A program made the translations under genes and the position numbers. A model generated the notes under the pieces. That model was given only the letters and a program-made list of their open reading frames with translations, did no database searches and was not told the origin of the DNA. From Carcharhinus longimanus (Eukaryota): DNA of 64,000 bases. Location: the NCBI GenBank assembly GCA_030264375.1, contig JASCQW010000109.1, forward strand, positions 35,710,361-35,774,360, in the 5' to 3' direction. Shown in pieces: positions 12,113-23,639 of the stretch. The first letter of the stretch is position 1; every line of letters starts with the position of its first letter.

Positions 12113-12842
12113 TGCCTCATTTGGTAGCACTCTCAGCTCTAAGTGAATGTTGAGGGGCAGCACAGTGGTTAGTGCTGCTGCTTCACAGCACCAGGGACTC
12201 AGATTCGATTCCTGGCTTGGGCCACTGTCTGTGTGGAGTATGCACATTCTCCCCGTCTCCGCGTGGGTTTCCTCTGAGTGCTCCAGTTTCCTCCCACAGT
12301 TCAAAAATGTATGGATTAGGTTGATTGGCCATGCTAAATTGCCACGTAGTGGCAGGGGGATTAGCAGGATCAATACACGGGTTGATGGGGATAGGGCCTG
12401 GTTGTGATTGTGCTCTGTGCAGACTCGATGGGCCGAATAGTGGCCCCCTGCACTGTGATTCTGAGTTCAAGTTCTAATCCAGGAGTTGAAACACAAAAAT
12501 CAAGGCTGATGCTCCAGTGAAGTACTGAGGGAGTACTGCACTGTAAGTGGTGCCTTTTTTGGATGAGATGATGCTCTGAAACTCCATCTGCTACTTGTAT
12601 GAATGTGAAAGATCCCATCTATGCTAAAGAAAAGGGTGGAAGTTATCCCCAGTGTCCAGGCCAATATTCATCCCTCAAATTATTTGGTCATTACGCTGTT
12701 GTGCAAGTTTGCTGTGCACAAATTGGCTGCCATATTTCTATCACTTATGCAATGACTGCGCCTCAAAAAGTATTTTATTGGCAGTAAAATGCTTTGAGAC
12801 ATCATGAAAGTGCTACACAAATGCAATGCTTTCTTCTTCTTG
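12113..12842 (+). mobile_element. DeuSINE-type (SacSINE1-like) SINE, split by an HE1 insertion
   Basis: Head at 12113-12153 resumes at about 12463 (GAGTTCAAGTTC). Internal GGATGAGA..GATCCCAT..CCCCAGTGTCCAGGCCAATATT, Deu-like TTGCTGTGCACAAATTGGCTGCC, tail GAAAGTGCTACACAAATGCAA. Confidence 0.65.
12154..12462 (+). mobile_element. HE1-type SINE, full length
   Basis: tRNA head, V-domain, TTAGGTTGATTGGCCATGCTAAATTGCC and CR1-like tail GCAGACTCGATGGGCCGAATAG..TGCACTGT. Confidence 0.9.
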
Positions 12843-12989
12843 AATGAGGTATGAGTTTTTAATGGTATATTCCTTTCATAGTTACTGCAACCACCCCTTC
12901 ACTAGCCTGAAAATCCAATGCTATATTTATGGAATGTCAAATTTCTCCATAATATTAAAAAACATAGATTATAAAAATATATTTTTAAA

Positions 12990-13650
12990 ACATTAGTTAG
13001 GCCACATCTTGAGTTCTGTGTGCTGTTCCAGTCACCTCATTACAAAAAGGGTGTAATTGCATTAGAGAAGGAGATTTACGAGGATTTTGCCAGGATTGGA
13101 AAATTGCAGCAATGAGGAAAGTTTGCTGGAAATTCTTCTCCTCGGAATAGAGGAGGCAGAGGGAAGATTTGATTGTGATGTACAGAATTGTTAGGGGCCT
13201 AGATAGAGTGGATGGGAAGGACCTGCTTACTTTAGATGAGAGGTCAGTGATTAGGGGGCAAAGATTTAAAAGGCAGGATTTTCCAGACCCACCCGCCACA
13301 GAACCAAACATTCCCACCCAAAGTCAACAGACCTTTTGCTGATCTGTCAAATTTTCTGTCCCACACATGACGATTCTCACGGTTAAGCAGATCAGAAAAT
13401 CCTGCCCGAAGTGATTGGTAGAAAGATCGGAGGGGAGATGAGAAAATACATTTCACCCCAGACAGGTCTCAAACTCACTACTTAAATGGGTCAGAGAGGC
13501 AGAAGGCATCAACTGATGTCTGAATATTCACCTCAAGTGCCATAACCTATAAGGCTACGGACCAAATGCTGGAAACTGGGATTAGACTGCGTGCCTCATT
13601 TTCCAACCTGCACAGACACAATTGGCAAATTCATCTCTTTGTCTATGATC
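12990..13650 (+). mobile_element. Old CR1 LINE 3' fragment, interrupted by a MITE
   Basis: Remnants GTTAGGCCACATCTTGAGT..AGAGGAGGCAGAGGGAAGATTTGAT..GGAGGGGAGATGAGAAAA..TTTCACCCAG. Confidence 0.7.
13271..13407. mobile_element. Harbinger-like MITE (~137 bp)
   Basis: Perfect 12-bp TIR GGCAGGATTTTC (13272-13283) / GAAAATCCTGCC (13395-13406). CR1 sequence is continuous on both sides. Confidence 0.75.
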
Positions 13651-14589
13651 CTACAATTTTAGCCTATATCTTAATCTATTCAATCATTTATTTTGTTACC
13701 TGGAAAACTAAATTAAAAGAGAATGCTATTACGTGTTTTTAACTTGCTGATTTGCTGTGTGAATATTTTCATATCATTGCCTGCTTACCAGCTTGCTAAC
13801 ATCACACCTGCTCAAAGTCAAAAAATCCCTTTGAATTGGCACCAAAGTTAAACTGTCTTCGGAAAAGGATGAAAAAAACCACAGCAGTGGATCGCTACAT
13901 CTTTGTGGGTAGCTTTCTTTGAGGTCAGTGACAAGCAATATTACTTTGCCACTGACTGCAAAATGTGGCCTACTTCATGTATGGCACACAGTGGAGGTAA
14001 AATCATCCACTTCAACACTGTAGTGCTGAAAGATAGTACGACCACACGTTATAGTACTAGCCTGTTGTTCTGATTGATTATATCAGATTTGTTGTATACA
14101 GGAAAGACACTGGCAACAGAAATTAACTTAATATTTAACACTGCTGTTTCTGAACTAATTAAGCTGCCTCAAGTCACAGTTTCCCCAGTGGTAATCACAT
14201 GGTTGTTTCTGATTTGTTGAAAGAGCTACATATTCAGATATAATCAAGCCTATCATATTAGACTGCTGTGAGCTGTTCACTTTTTCCTAATAGCACCATC
14301 CATCTACCCATCTCCATACACAGTGGTGTCATTGAAATCCAAAAATGGTTCAGGTAACCAGATATGATTTAATGGCACAGCTTGCAAGAATTGATATTAT
14401 TAAAGGCAATTCTGTGCGATGATTGTTTATAACTACTAATTACAGCATATTTACAATCATGCATTTCAAGATATAATCTACTGCACTTGATCCAAGCCAG
14501 GAATTGAACCTGGGTTCCTGGCGCTGTGAGACAGCAGTACTAACCATTGTGCCACCTCCAATGTCACTGTGCCACCTTTCAATCATATA

Positions 14590-15030
14590 ATTGGGCCTAT
14601 GGCACTGCTCCAGTGGGGCTCAGTGTACACTTTAGGAACAGCACCTGATCTTTCGGTTGGGTACTTTACAATGTTCTGGACTCAATAAAGAGTTCAACAT
14701 TTTCAGACCATAAACTCTGTCTCCTATTTTCTTTCCTTTTCTCTGCATATTTTGACTTTTTTCTTTAAAGTTAGCAGCACCCTTGCTGTAGGCAGATCTT
14801 TTGTTTCTTTACTTGCCCCATCAACATTCCCTTTGGCCTTGGAGAACCAAATTTCTGTTATTCAACTTCCCTTATCTTCCACCCCATCACAGATCTTCCT
14901 TTTTGTCCTTGTCCCACCCACCCTTTACTCCAAACCTATTAAATCGCTAACTTTTCCCCCCATTCTGATGGCAGGTCACAGACCTGAAACATTAATTCTC
15001 CGACCTTGCTCGTGACTGAGATTCTCCAGT
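14590..15030 (+). mobile_element. Penelope-like element 3' fragment (GIY-YIG C-terminus, 3' UTR, hammerhead-like motif)
   Basis: 14636-14713 translates EQHLIFRLGTLQCSGLNKEFNIFRP*. Motif ATT-CTGATGG-C-AGGTC-ACA-GACCT-GAAA-CA-TT-AAT at 14962-14996. Confidence 0.8.
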
Positions 15031-15199
15031 CCCACTGCAATGAATGGAGTTTTGGCTGAGTGTCATTTTCTCAGTTCTCACTAGCAGCAGTGACAAGGTG
15101 AATGAGGTGGAGAATTCTAGCCTTTGTTTCTCTAATTCGATGTCCCAATCTGCTTGCATTTTTAGTTTAGATTTCCCATAACGGCAGTGTTCTGCTTTT

Positions 15200-15710
15200 G
15201 GAGTTATCCTCAGTGACCTGGCCAATATTTATCCCCCAGTTACCAAAACAGTTACGTGGTCATTGTCACTGCTTTTTGTGGGAGCTTGCTGTGCGCACAT
15301 TGGTTACCAAGTTCCTACATTACAACAGAGATTATGCCTCAAAATCATAGGAGCCCTACAGTGCAGAAGGAGGCCATTCAGCCCATCGAGTCTGCACCAA
15401 CAACAAACCCATCTAGGCCCTACCCCTAACCCCACATATTTACTCTGCTGGTCCTTCTCCCCTACACATCCCAGGACACTAAGGGGCAATTTAGTATAAC
15501 CCATGCATCTTTGGACTGTGGGAGGAAATAGGAACACCCGGAGGAAACAGACAGACAATGACCCAAGCTGGGAATCGAACGCATGTCTCTGGAGTGTGAG
15601 GCAGCAGTGCTAAGCACTGTGCCATCTTGCCCCTCCACTGACTGCAATGTACTTTGGAATATCTGGTGGTTATGACAAGCACTCTAAGCACAAGTCTCCT
15701 TCTTATTTCT
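15200..15710 (+). mobile_element. DeuSINE-type SINE 3' part, split by an HE1 insertion
   Basis: GGCCAATATTTATCCC..GTGGGAGCTTGCTGTGCGCACATTGG..CCTACATTACAACAG; resumes after 15630. Confidence 0.6.
15344..15629 (-). mobile_element. HE1-type SINE
   Basis: Reverse complement of HE1: CCCTACAGTGCAGAAGGAGGCCATTCAGCCCATCGAGTCTGCA ... GGCAGCAGTGCTAAGCACTGTGCC. Confidence 0.88.
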
Positions 15711-16797
15711 TGAACAACTAAAAGGCGCAGCTGACAAAGGTAGAGTGACAGGAGTGGGGTTTTCACAGAATAGAAAGATCATAGAGAAAAGTACAACTAG
15801 ATGTGATTACAGAAATAGGGAGAGCTAATGCCATGAAAACATTCTGAACACAAGAATAAGAAATTTGGGTTGCAGTTATTGGACCAGGAGCCAATGTAGG
15901 TCAGTGAGCAAGGGGTGGTTAATGATCAGGATTTTGGTGCAGATTAGGAAATAAAAAGCAGAATTTTGGATCAGCTTTAGTTCAGTTGGGAGGCCAGCCA
16001 GCAGAGCATTAGAATAGAAATCCTATGGTGAAGAAGAGGCCGATTGGCCCATTGGGTCTGCACCGACCACAGTCCCACCTGATTTTAAAGGGGAAAGTGC
16101 ACTAGCTGAGGAGAAAAAATTGTTCACAATTTCAGCTTGAATGGGACTCGGAAAGGAAGTTGGATTAAGTTGACAGTGTGAGCGACAGGTCTAATGTTCA
16201 AGAGGAGCCTGGACAAGAAATGAGCAAGTAAGGAAACTGGAGATAAAAGCAGGACTATGGAAGAAACTTGGCTTTGTGGACAAAGGGAGTGATGTTTTAG
16301 AGGCAACTGAAATGGATGATCTCAATATTAATAACAAAGAAGCCTATGAATTTGTCGTTAGACATGAGGACAGTGGAGGCCGAGAGGCGGTGTTTAAGGT
16401 AACATTGGCAAGGAGAAAAGAGGCAAATGGTTAGATCTTCTCTCCAGGGTGAAACTACTGCAATAACCAGTTTGGTAGACAACGGGGCATAATAGCATTT
16501 AATGTGGTCCAGCAAGATCTGGCAATGGAATAGGCAACATACACATTCAAATGGACTTTAGAGAAGCTCAAAGAGAGAATGCACAGTGTCCCATCATTGG
16601 GTTGATGTGGCCACTCTATTCTGATTGGAGGAAATGAAGAATAATGAACAAATTTGGAACTTCAAAGAGTTGCAGTTGGAGTTCCGATACACATCAAGAT
16701 TCCAGTTTCTGTGGGAATTTTGTTTTAATATGCCTTTAAATGATAGAAGCATGAATTCACCGGAAGAGAAGTGTGTATTGTGATTGAGTTTTAGTTT

Positions 16798-16818
16798 CAC
16801 ACACACACACACACACAC
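16798..16818. repeat. (CA)n microsatellite
   Basis: About 10 CA units. Confidence 0.9.
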
Positions 16819-17173
16819 CTACCTCAGCTGCTGATGTCTTCAAGTTTTCTATCTATGTTTATCAATGTGACAAGAAATTGGCCTTATTGCCCTCACCTAT
16901 TCAACGAGAACCTCCATTTCGGAATCACTAAATCAAGGTGCTCACATCCAAGATATACAGCTCAAATCTCTAAAGCCAGGAAACATTTCCAGTGTGTGAA
17001 AGGCCACCTCGCTTCAATAGCTGTGTGGATTTTTTAAATTGATGCTTCGGCTTTTTGGAATTTTCCTCCCTGAAGTTAGGTGGCCACCTGTTATTTTTGC
17101 AAATGCATGAGCTGCCTGCCAATTAAATTTAAATGAACTCCAACCATTAAAATGGCTCTGGTCTCAAACTGCT

Positions 17174-17301
17174 TGGCCGGAATTTTACTGGAGCGTCCAC
17201 CCTGGAATCGGGGCAGGTGAGGCTCGCAGAACAGAATTCTCCATCACCCTCGGGCGTGATTTTACACTCTTCACTCATGCGAGGTCATAAAATACTGGCC
17301 A
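17174..17301. mobile_element. Harbinger-like MITE (~128 bp)
   Basis: Imperfect TIR TGGCCGGAATTTTA / TAAAATACTGGCCA; CpG-containing interior. Confidence 0.6.
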
Positions 17302-18679
17302 TCATAATCAGATGGCCCAATTTTTCCACTTGTCACATACCAAAACTGGCCAAAGTTTGCTATGATGCATCAAGTAAACAGCATGGGGCCTCCATGTGTT
17401 ATCTTCTGTCTTCTCTGCTGATTGGCTGCAGTTGGCCTGTATTAGCAAGTGCACCTCAGGTCTGCTACGTTCAGTAAAACCAGATACATCTTCACCAATT
17501 GTGTGCCAGGTCCAGAATGGAGCCCAAACCAACTCACCATCATCCCCTCTTATATGATAATCATTTTAGGGGGTGAACAGTAGTTGTGCTACCAATCATC
17601 CTGGAACCATTGGTGCAAGGCTGTGACCTGATTGCGTTTGTGGCTATTTTGGTGGACTCCCACTGAAGTTACTAGAGAGACTGGTTGATATGTGAGCCAA
17701 CATCTTCTACAGATTTATGTTTAAGCCAAAATTTCCAGCTGTATCTTGGAAGTTTAATTTTATGAAAAATGTTGTCAGTAAATTACTTGCAAAAGGTAGT
17801 TATTATCTGTAATTCCTTAAGGAAAATTGGCTGTTTATTATGCTGCTTCAAAGCAATTTAAAAAATCAGAGAAGCCCATTTATGCTTCAGTAGGGATTTA
17901 TCCAAACAACTCACGAGTTCTAAGCAAAGAACAAGCTATTACCTTCCAACTGTCATTGACTATGAACGCAAGGATCATTTGTAATAAGGCAGCAAAAGCA
18001 TTGGATGATTAATTTTGGAACATTATCCCACAGAAATATTTGAAGCCTGTGGAAACAATCTATCGTTGTCCTGTTGACTATGTGATTTTCCTACTTGTAA
18101 GGAGTAATTAAATCGTCCATATTAATACCCATATGTAATTAGCTAGTTTCCTTCTTGGAACAGTTGACTGTGTTTAGTCACTTGCCAAATGAAAGCAGAA
18201 AGCTGTCTGTGCTTTTTGAGTGTAGCACCAGCAGGCGAGGGTGAAACTGGAATGGAAAGGGGAGATGATGCATCTCATTAATGGAGAAGCAAATGGGCTG
18301 TGGTGGGTAGTGTAATATTTGGAGGCAAGGACAAGTGCTGTGGTAAAGGGTAATGTGCAGAAGTAGAGTCAAGTCACTGAAGTGCTTGTGCCCCTGGAGC
18401 ACGTGTCCTGGAGGTGATGGTCCTGGCTTGGTATTTTCAGCCATGTACTCCAGGTTTGCTGCAGACTCTGCCTGGACAGTTCCTGCCCTTTGTACTTAAA
18501 AAAAAAATCAGCCTGGCTCTGCCCTCGGCTGTTCAACAGGCGCCTCATTTCTGAGCCATTGAATCAAGGTGTTCTCATCCGAGACATTACAGCAAACATT
18601 TCCAGTGAGTTTAATAGCTGCATGTATTTTTTAAATTGATGCTTAGGCTTGTTGGAGATTAAATAAGCTAAAGGAAGTG

Positions 18680-19016
18680 ATCATAGAATCCATACAGTAC
18701 AGGAGGCCTCCATTCAGCCCAACGAGTCTGCAGCCACTCTCTGCCAACCTTACCCAGGCCCTTGCCCTCACCTTATCTCTGTGACCCCATACGTTTAGCA
18801 TGGCAAATCTATCTAATCTACACATCTTCTGACACTAAGAGGCAATTTTACATGGCCCATCCACCTAGCCTGCACATCTTTGGAGTGTGGGGGGAAACCT
18901 GATGAAATCTATGCTGACGTAGGGAGAATGTGTAAACTCCACACAGTCACCCAAGGCCAGAATTAAACACATACTTGACATTGGGAAGCAGGAGTACTTA
19001 CCATTATGCCACCATG
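18680..19016 (-). mobile_element. HE1-type SINE
   Basis: ATCATAGAATCCATACAGTACAGGAGGCC..TTTAGCATGGC..AAACTCCACACAGTCACCCAAGGCC..ATGCCACCATGC. Confidence 0.85.
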
Positions 19017-19879
19017 CTGGTCAAGATGGTGCATGTTATAGAGCCCAGAAGTAAGAGAAGCAGCTTATTGGCAAGTGTTCTTTTACATTCTGTTCTCCTC
19101 TATGGCTTTAAACTGTCACTTGAGGGTGCAGAGTGTGTATATTGTGGCATAAATGCAGGTTTTATATTACTTATGGTGTTGTTTATAGGAAGTCACACCA
19201 TAGTCTGATATGTTTATGCTGCTAGAAGTTTGTCCAGATTGTAGTAGTGTATCAGTCATTTAATAGTTCTGTTTTGTAGTGTTAATTTAAAGTTATTTTT
19301 GTTTATTGTTTAGCTGCTTGCTGTCAGTCTTCAACTTCCCTTTCCGCCCTTCACGTATCGTCATTATTGTTCATTTTGAGCTGATGCTTATTAGCTGAAA
19401 TGAATATTGTGGGGGCGGGAATTAGACATTAAAAGGCAGAGGGAGATCAGAGGAGTTGAATAAATATATAACAAGTTAAGCAAACATAAAACCTGAGAGA
19501 AGGGTGTTGGTTAAAAAAAAATCAGAAGATGGCAGGAGGAAAGGAATGTTTTAAAATGACAGAAAGTGACAATGGGAGGAGAAGGGATTTGATTTATAAA
19601 GGAGATAGGTGTAGGAGAAATGAACAAAATGAAATAGCATGACAACATGTGACAATGGGATGGTAGGTGAAGTTTGTTTTAAATTGATAAAGTCAGGCAC
19701 CCAGTCCCCTCCATTTGTAGCAGGCTGTTGGCAGATCTAACTTTAAGACTCAATCCCATTCAGGCTCCCAGATGCTTCTGAGTGGTTCAATAGGTTGGAA
19801 AATGAGTGTTTTAGCTCTTAAGTATGAACACCAAAGTGGAGAGACAAACCACTGACTGGAGAATCATCTGCAATTGTAT

Positions 19880-20450
19880 CTCTTTCTACTCATGCACCGG
19901 TGTGACCAAGGATCTATCCCTGGTCCTGTTCTATTTCTCATCCAAATGCTGCCCATCTGACCTCGTTCAAAAACACAGCACAACTTCCCACTGATAACGT
20001 ATTTTTTGATTTGAATTATTTTATTCCAAATTTATTAGTATACAGCAAAAAGTATTGTTTCTTGCACATATAAGGCATTCAGTACATAGAAAAGGAAAGG
20101 AGAGGGTGCAGAACATAGTATTACAGTCGTAGCTAGGGTGTAGAGAAATCTTCTTCACCACTCCAAATCTCTCCCTGTCTACCATCCCTAATTTGTCAGA
20201 CTGCCTGTCCAACATCCAATATTAGAGAAGCAGAGTTTTTTTCCCCCCCACTAAGTAATGGGAAAACCATTGTTATTGTCTTTAGGGCCCCCACTATAAA
20301 CTATTTACAAGCCACCCTCTCTGGGGCAGCTTCTGAGGCTCAGCTTGATCATTCATAACCTTGATGGTTAATGTCAAGATTACAATCTGACCTTATTTTT
20401 GATCCGTATTCAAATCTGCTACTTCCACCTCTGTAATATTAACCACTCCA
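19880..20450 (+). mobile_element. L2-type LINE RT fragment containing an antisense 3'-UTR insertion (~19997-20150)
   Basis: GGTGTGACCAAGGATCTATCCCTGGTCC..CTATTTCTCATC (GVPQGS.LGP.LF), then TTGTCAGACTGCCTGTCCAACATCCA. Confidence 0.55.
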
Positions 20451-20638
20451 ACCTAATTTTAATTAAGGTGTTAACTCATTTTAAAATAATTTATTCCTAA
20501 AAACCATTAAACTAAATGAATTAATTCATTCCTCATTTAAAAGGACCAAACAACATTTTTTGGTTAGCTAATATTTAGAGTTAATTCAAGACTTTTGTGT
20601 AACAAATTGCTATTTTTAATTCACTTTTTCCGATGCAG

Positions 20639-20788
20639 GAAGTGATACAGCTGGAGAAACACCTTGGAGGACAACTCTTAGATGAGCCCAAGATTCTTCA
20701 CTTTAAAGACAGCTATCATAACTTGCGACTTTCTATACATGATATCCAAAAATCTCTCTGGACAAGTAAGCTGCTGGACAGCTATCAG
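20639..20788 (+). CDS. UNC5A: UNC5A-like internal coding exon (UPA domain), 150 nt, phase 0-0
   Basis: Acceptor ctttttccgatgcag|GAA, donor CAG|gtaaag. [50 protein letters not shown] continues the previous exon in frame and carries the UNC5 motif [14 protein letters not shown]. Confidence 0.94.
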
Positions 20789-21049
20789 GTAAAGCCACTT
20801 TGGAATGGTCAATTGTTATAATCCCTGTAGGGACCAATAACCGTTAAAAGAAAGGAATCCCCATGAAACAAGTAGAAAAAAGTTAGACATTTTAAAAAAC
20901 TTTTATTGCAACAAACCAACTAAAGTCAACATAATTCAAACATCAATTATCAGATGAAGGATATTTCAAATAAGAGGTAAACTTCACTTTCAACAGTTAC
21001 TGCAAAAAAGAAAGGTCTCATTTGCTATAAGCACTCACATTACCTCTTG

Positions 21050-21785
21050 CACAAATTTGGAACTACGTTCTGTCAGACTTTCCAAAATCAGCCTCCTCCA
21101 TGTTGATCTCTCACTTCCTGCTCTATTGTTTTGACCCTTGAGTTACATTCACCAGTAGTCATATTCCATTCAATGCCCAGACATGGTCAACATTGACAAG
21201 GCACATGTCTACAAAACCTCCTGCCCTCAGATCATAACAGTCTTGATGGCCCCTTTCTATCCTTTTAAATGATCTGGGGGTCTCTGGCAACACAAACAGC
21301 AGCAATTGATCTTGTCCGATTTTCAATCCTTTGCCTTTCCTGTCCTCATCTCTGCTTTTTCCAACTGGATTGCACACATGGTAACAGGGTCTGTGCTCTA
21401 TTCCCATGGAAATAGTTANNNNNNNNNNNNNNNNNNNNNNNNNNNNNNNNNNNNNNNNNNNNNNNNNNNNNNNNNNNNNNNNNNNNNNNNNNNNNNNNNN
21501 NNNNNNNNNNNNNNNNNNCTGTGCTCTATTCCCCTGGAAATAGTTAGATGCCAGGATCTGTTTGAAGACTGCCAAATAGAAAACTATTTTCTCTATGCAT
21601 GACTGCTCGATGTGCTCTGAACTGACAAACAGAAAACTCAGGCTGATCCAACCAATTATTTTTTCCCCCCTGACTAAATAACGGGAAAACCATAGCCATT
21701 GTCTTTAGGGTTCTCACTACAAACTCTATTCACTATAACCGCAGCTGTCTGAGGCTGAGCCTGATCATTCGTAATCTTGGCTCAT
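21050..21785 (+). mobile_element. L2-type LINE fragments (spans gap)
   Basis: CTCACTTCCTGCTCTATTG..GACCC remnant; 21640-21780 is homologous to 20205-20365. Confidence 0.45.
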
Positions 21786-22049
21786 TATTTACTGTTTGCT
21801 TCCCAGTTGTTTATTTGCATGGTAACCTCCGGTCACATGGACATTTCTTGAAACATAATGTCATAATCAGGAAACCAATTAACCCTATTTCAGACTACTC
21901 CCAGCCCAATTGGTCTTAAAGGGACATCGCACATCAAAAGTACTAGATTTTCTTTGCACACAATCATCTCGCAGTAAACACAGAAAATAATTTAAAATGA
22001 GGGCACTTTTGTTTTCAAAGGCAGATATTGGAAATACCATCCATTAATT

Positions 22050-22510
22050 CCCTTTAAACTTTTGATAAGGTTTTACACAAGAGACTTAGGAAAATGGGAG
22101 TCAATGGAATTAGAAACAGTCTCTTGAATGCAACTGGTTAGGAGGTAGGACAGAGAGTAGAGATACTGGCTAGGTACTCTATTGACAAGGTGGTATTTGT
22201 AACAGAGACCTGCAACAGGGTCTCAGCTTTTTAATGAATTTATAAATGACATGGATCAAGGAATGGAGAGCTGATGACCCTGAGTTAGGTGCACCGTAAA
22301 TTTTATGGATGTGAGCAGAAAGATACTAAGTGACATTGATAGATTAAGTTAATGGGCAAAAATATGTAATTCAATTTGGGGAAGTGTGGTCATCCATTTT
22401 GGAACTAAGACAGATAGACTGGAATACTTTCTAAATGTTGAGAAGCTGGGAATCTGTGAAAGAGATTTGGGAGTCTATAAATAGAAATCCCTAAAAACCA
22501 GTAGAGAGTT
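22050..22510 (+). mobile_element. Highly decayed CR1 RT fragment
   Basis: TTTGATAAGGT..GACAGAGAGTAG..TTTATAAATGAC..GACATTGATAGATTAAG..GGGAAGTGTGGTCATCCATTTTGG. Confidence 0.65.
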
Positions 22511-23165
22511 ACAAAGAGGTGAAAACTGGGTGAGAGGCAGCGAAAGAAGATTCAGAACTGACCAGTAGAGACAGTATGAATGGGAGAGATCAAGGATAGA
22601 CTGGATTTTCAGGACCCCCAAGTCCCTACCTCCGTCCCAACTAAAATTTTGATGTGAACCCATCCAAAATCTTGATAGCTGCCCCACGTTAATTTAACAG
22701 TGGCATTAAGAGCAGCATTCTCTACTTTAGTAAGAGACTTTCAGCCCTTTCTCAGGAGAAGTCCCACTCTAGTGAGCTACCAGCCAATTAGATTTGCCAA
22801 TAACTCTCTTGTCGCAGCAATGTTACCAGGAGCCACCGATCAGACGAGAAGCAGTACTCAGTGCTGAGGAAGTAGGACTGATATAAATCTACGCTTGGAG
22901 GTTGAACAAGAGTGTAGTTTGAAGAGGCTGGAGGGAAAAGTAAAGGGTAAATTACCTGGCAAAAGGTTTTTTTTTCCCCCTATCGTTCATGGGATTTGGG
23001 TGTCACTGGCTGAACCTCATTTATTGCCCATTCCAGAGACTATTTAATAATCAAGCACGTTGCTGTGGATCTGGAGTCACAGAGGCCAGACCGGGTAAAG
23101 ATGAAAGGACATTAGTGAACCAGATGAACTTTTACAAATCAACAGCAGTGTTTTGTGGTTCTCCA

Positions 23166-23432
23166 GGGTGGCACAGTGGTTAGCAAGGTTGCCTCAGTGC
23201 CAGGGACTCAGGTTCAATTCCGGCCTTGGTGACTGTGTGGAGTTCGCACATGTCTGCATGGGTTTCCTCCGGGTGCTCAGATTTCCTTCTAAAGATGTGC
23301 GGGTTAGGTTAATTGGCTATGCCAAATTGCAGCGTAAATATGAGGGGTTGCAGGGATAGGGCCTGGGTGGGATTATTGTTGGTGCAGGCTCATTGGGCCA
23401 AATGGCCTCCTTCTGCACTGTAGGGTTTCTAT
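23166..23432 (+). mobile_element. HE1-type SINE (inside an antisense tRNA-SINE remnant, 22985-23160)
   Basis: GGTGGCACAGTGGTTAGCA..GGGTTTCCTCCGGGTGCTC..GGGCCAAATGGCCTCCTTCTGCACTGTAGGG. Confidence 0.87.
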
Positions 23433-23639
23433 TTTTATTAGATTCAAATGTCGTCTCCAGTGGGCTAAGAGGGCTGCCTATGGAGGTAGGTTTTGGCTAA
23501 GTCACTTAAAATTCTGAGGTAACCGTTTCAGAAAATTATGAGAGTCTAATATTTGTCAGTACAAGGAAGGAAGGATCTGGCTACTGAGCAGTAATTCAGA
23601 TTAAAGTCAGGCTTTGGAGTTTATTACTTCTAATCTCAT

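Noticed and set aside
21390-21546. 28-bp direct repeat CTGTGCTCTATTCCC(A/C)TGGAAATAGTTA on both sides of a gap
   Set aside because: Typical unmerged contig overlap at a heterozygous site; an assembly artefact.
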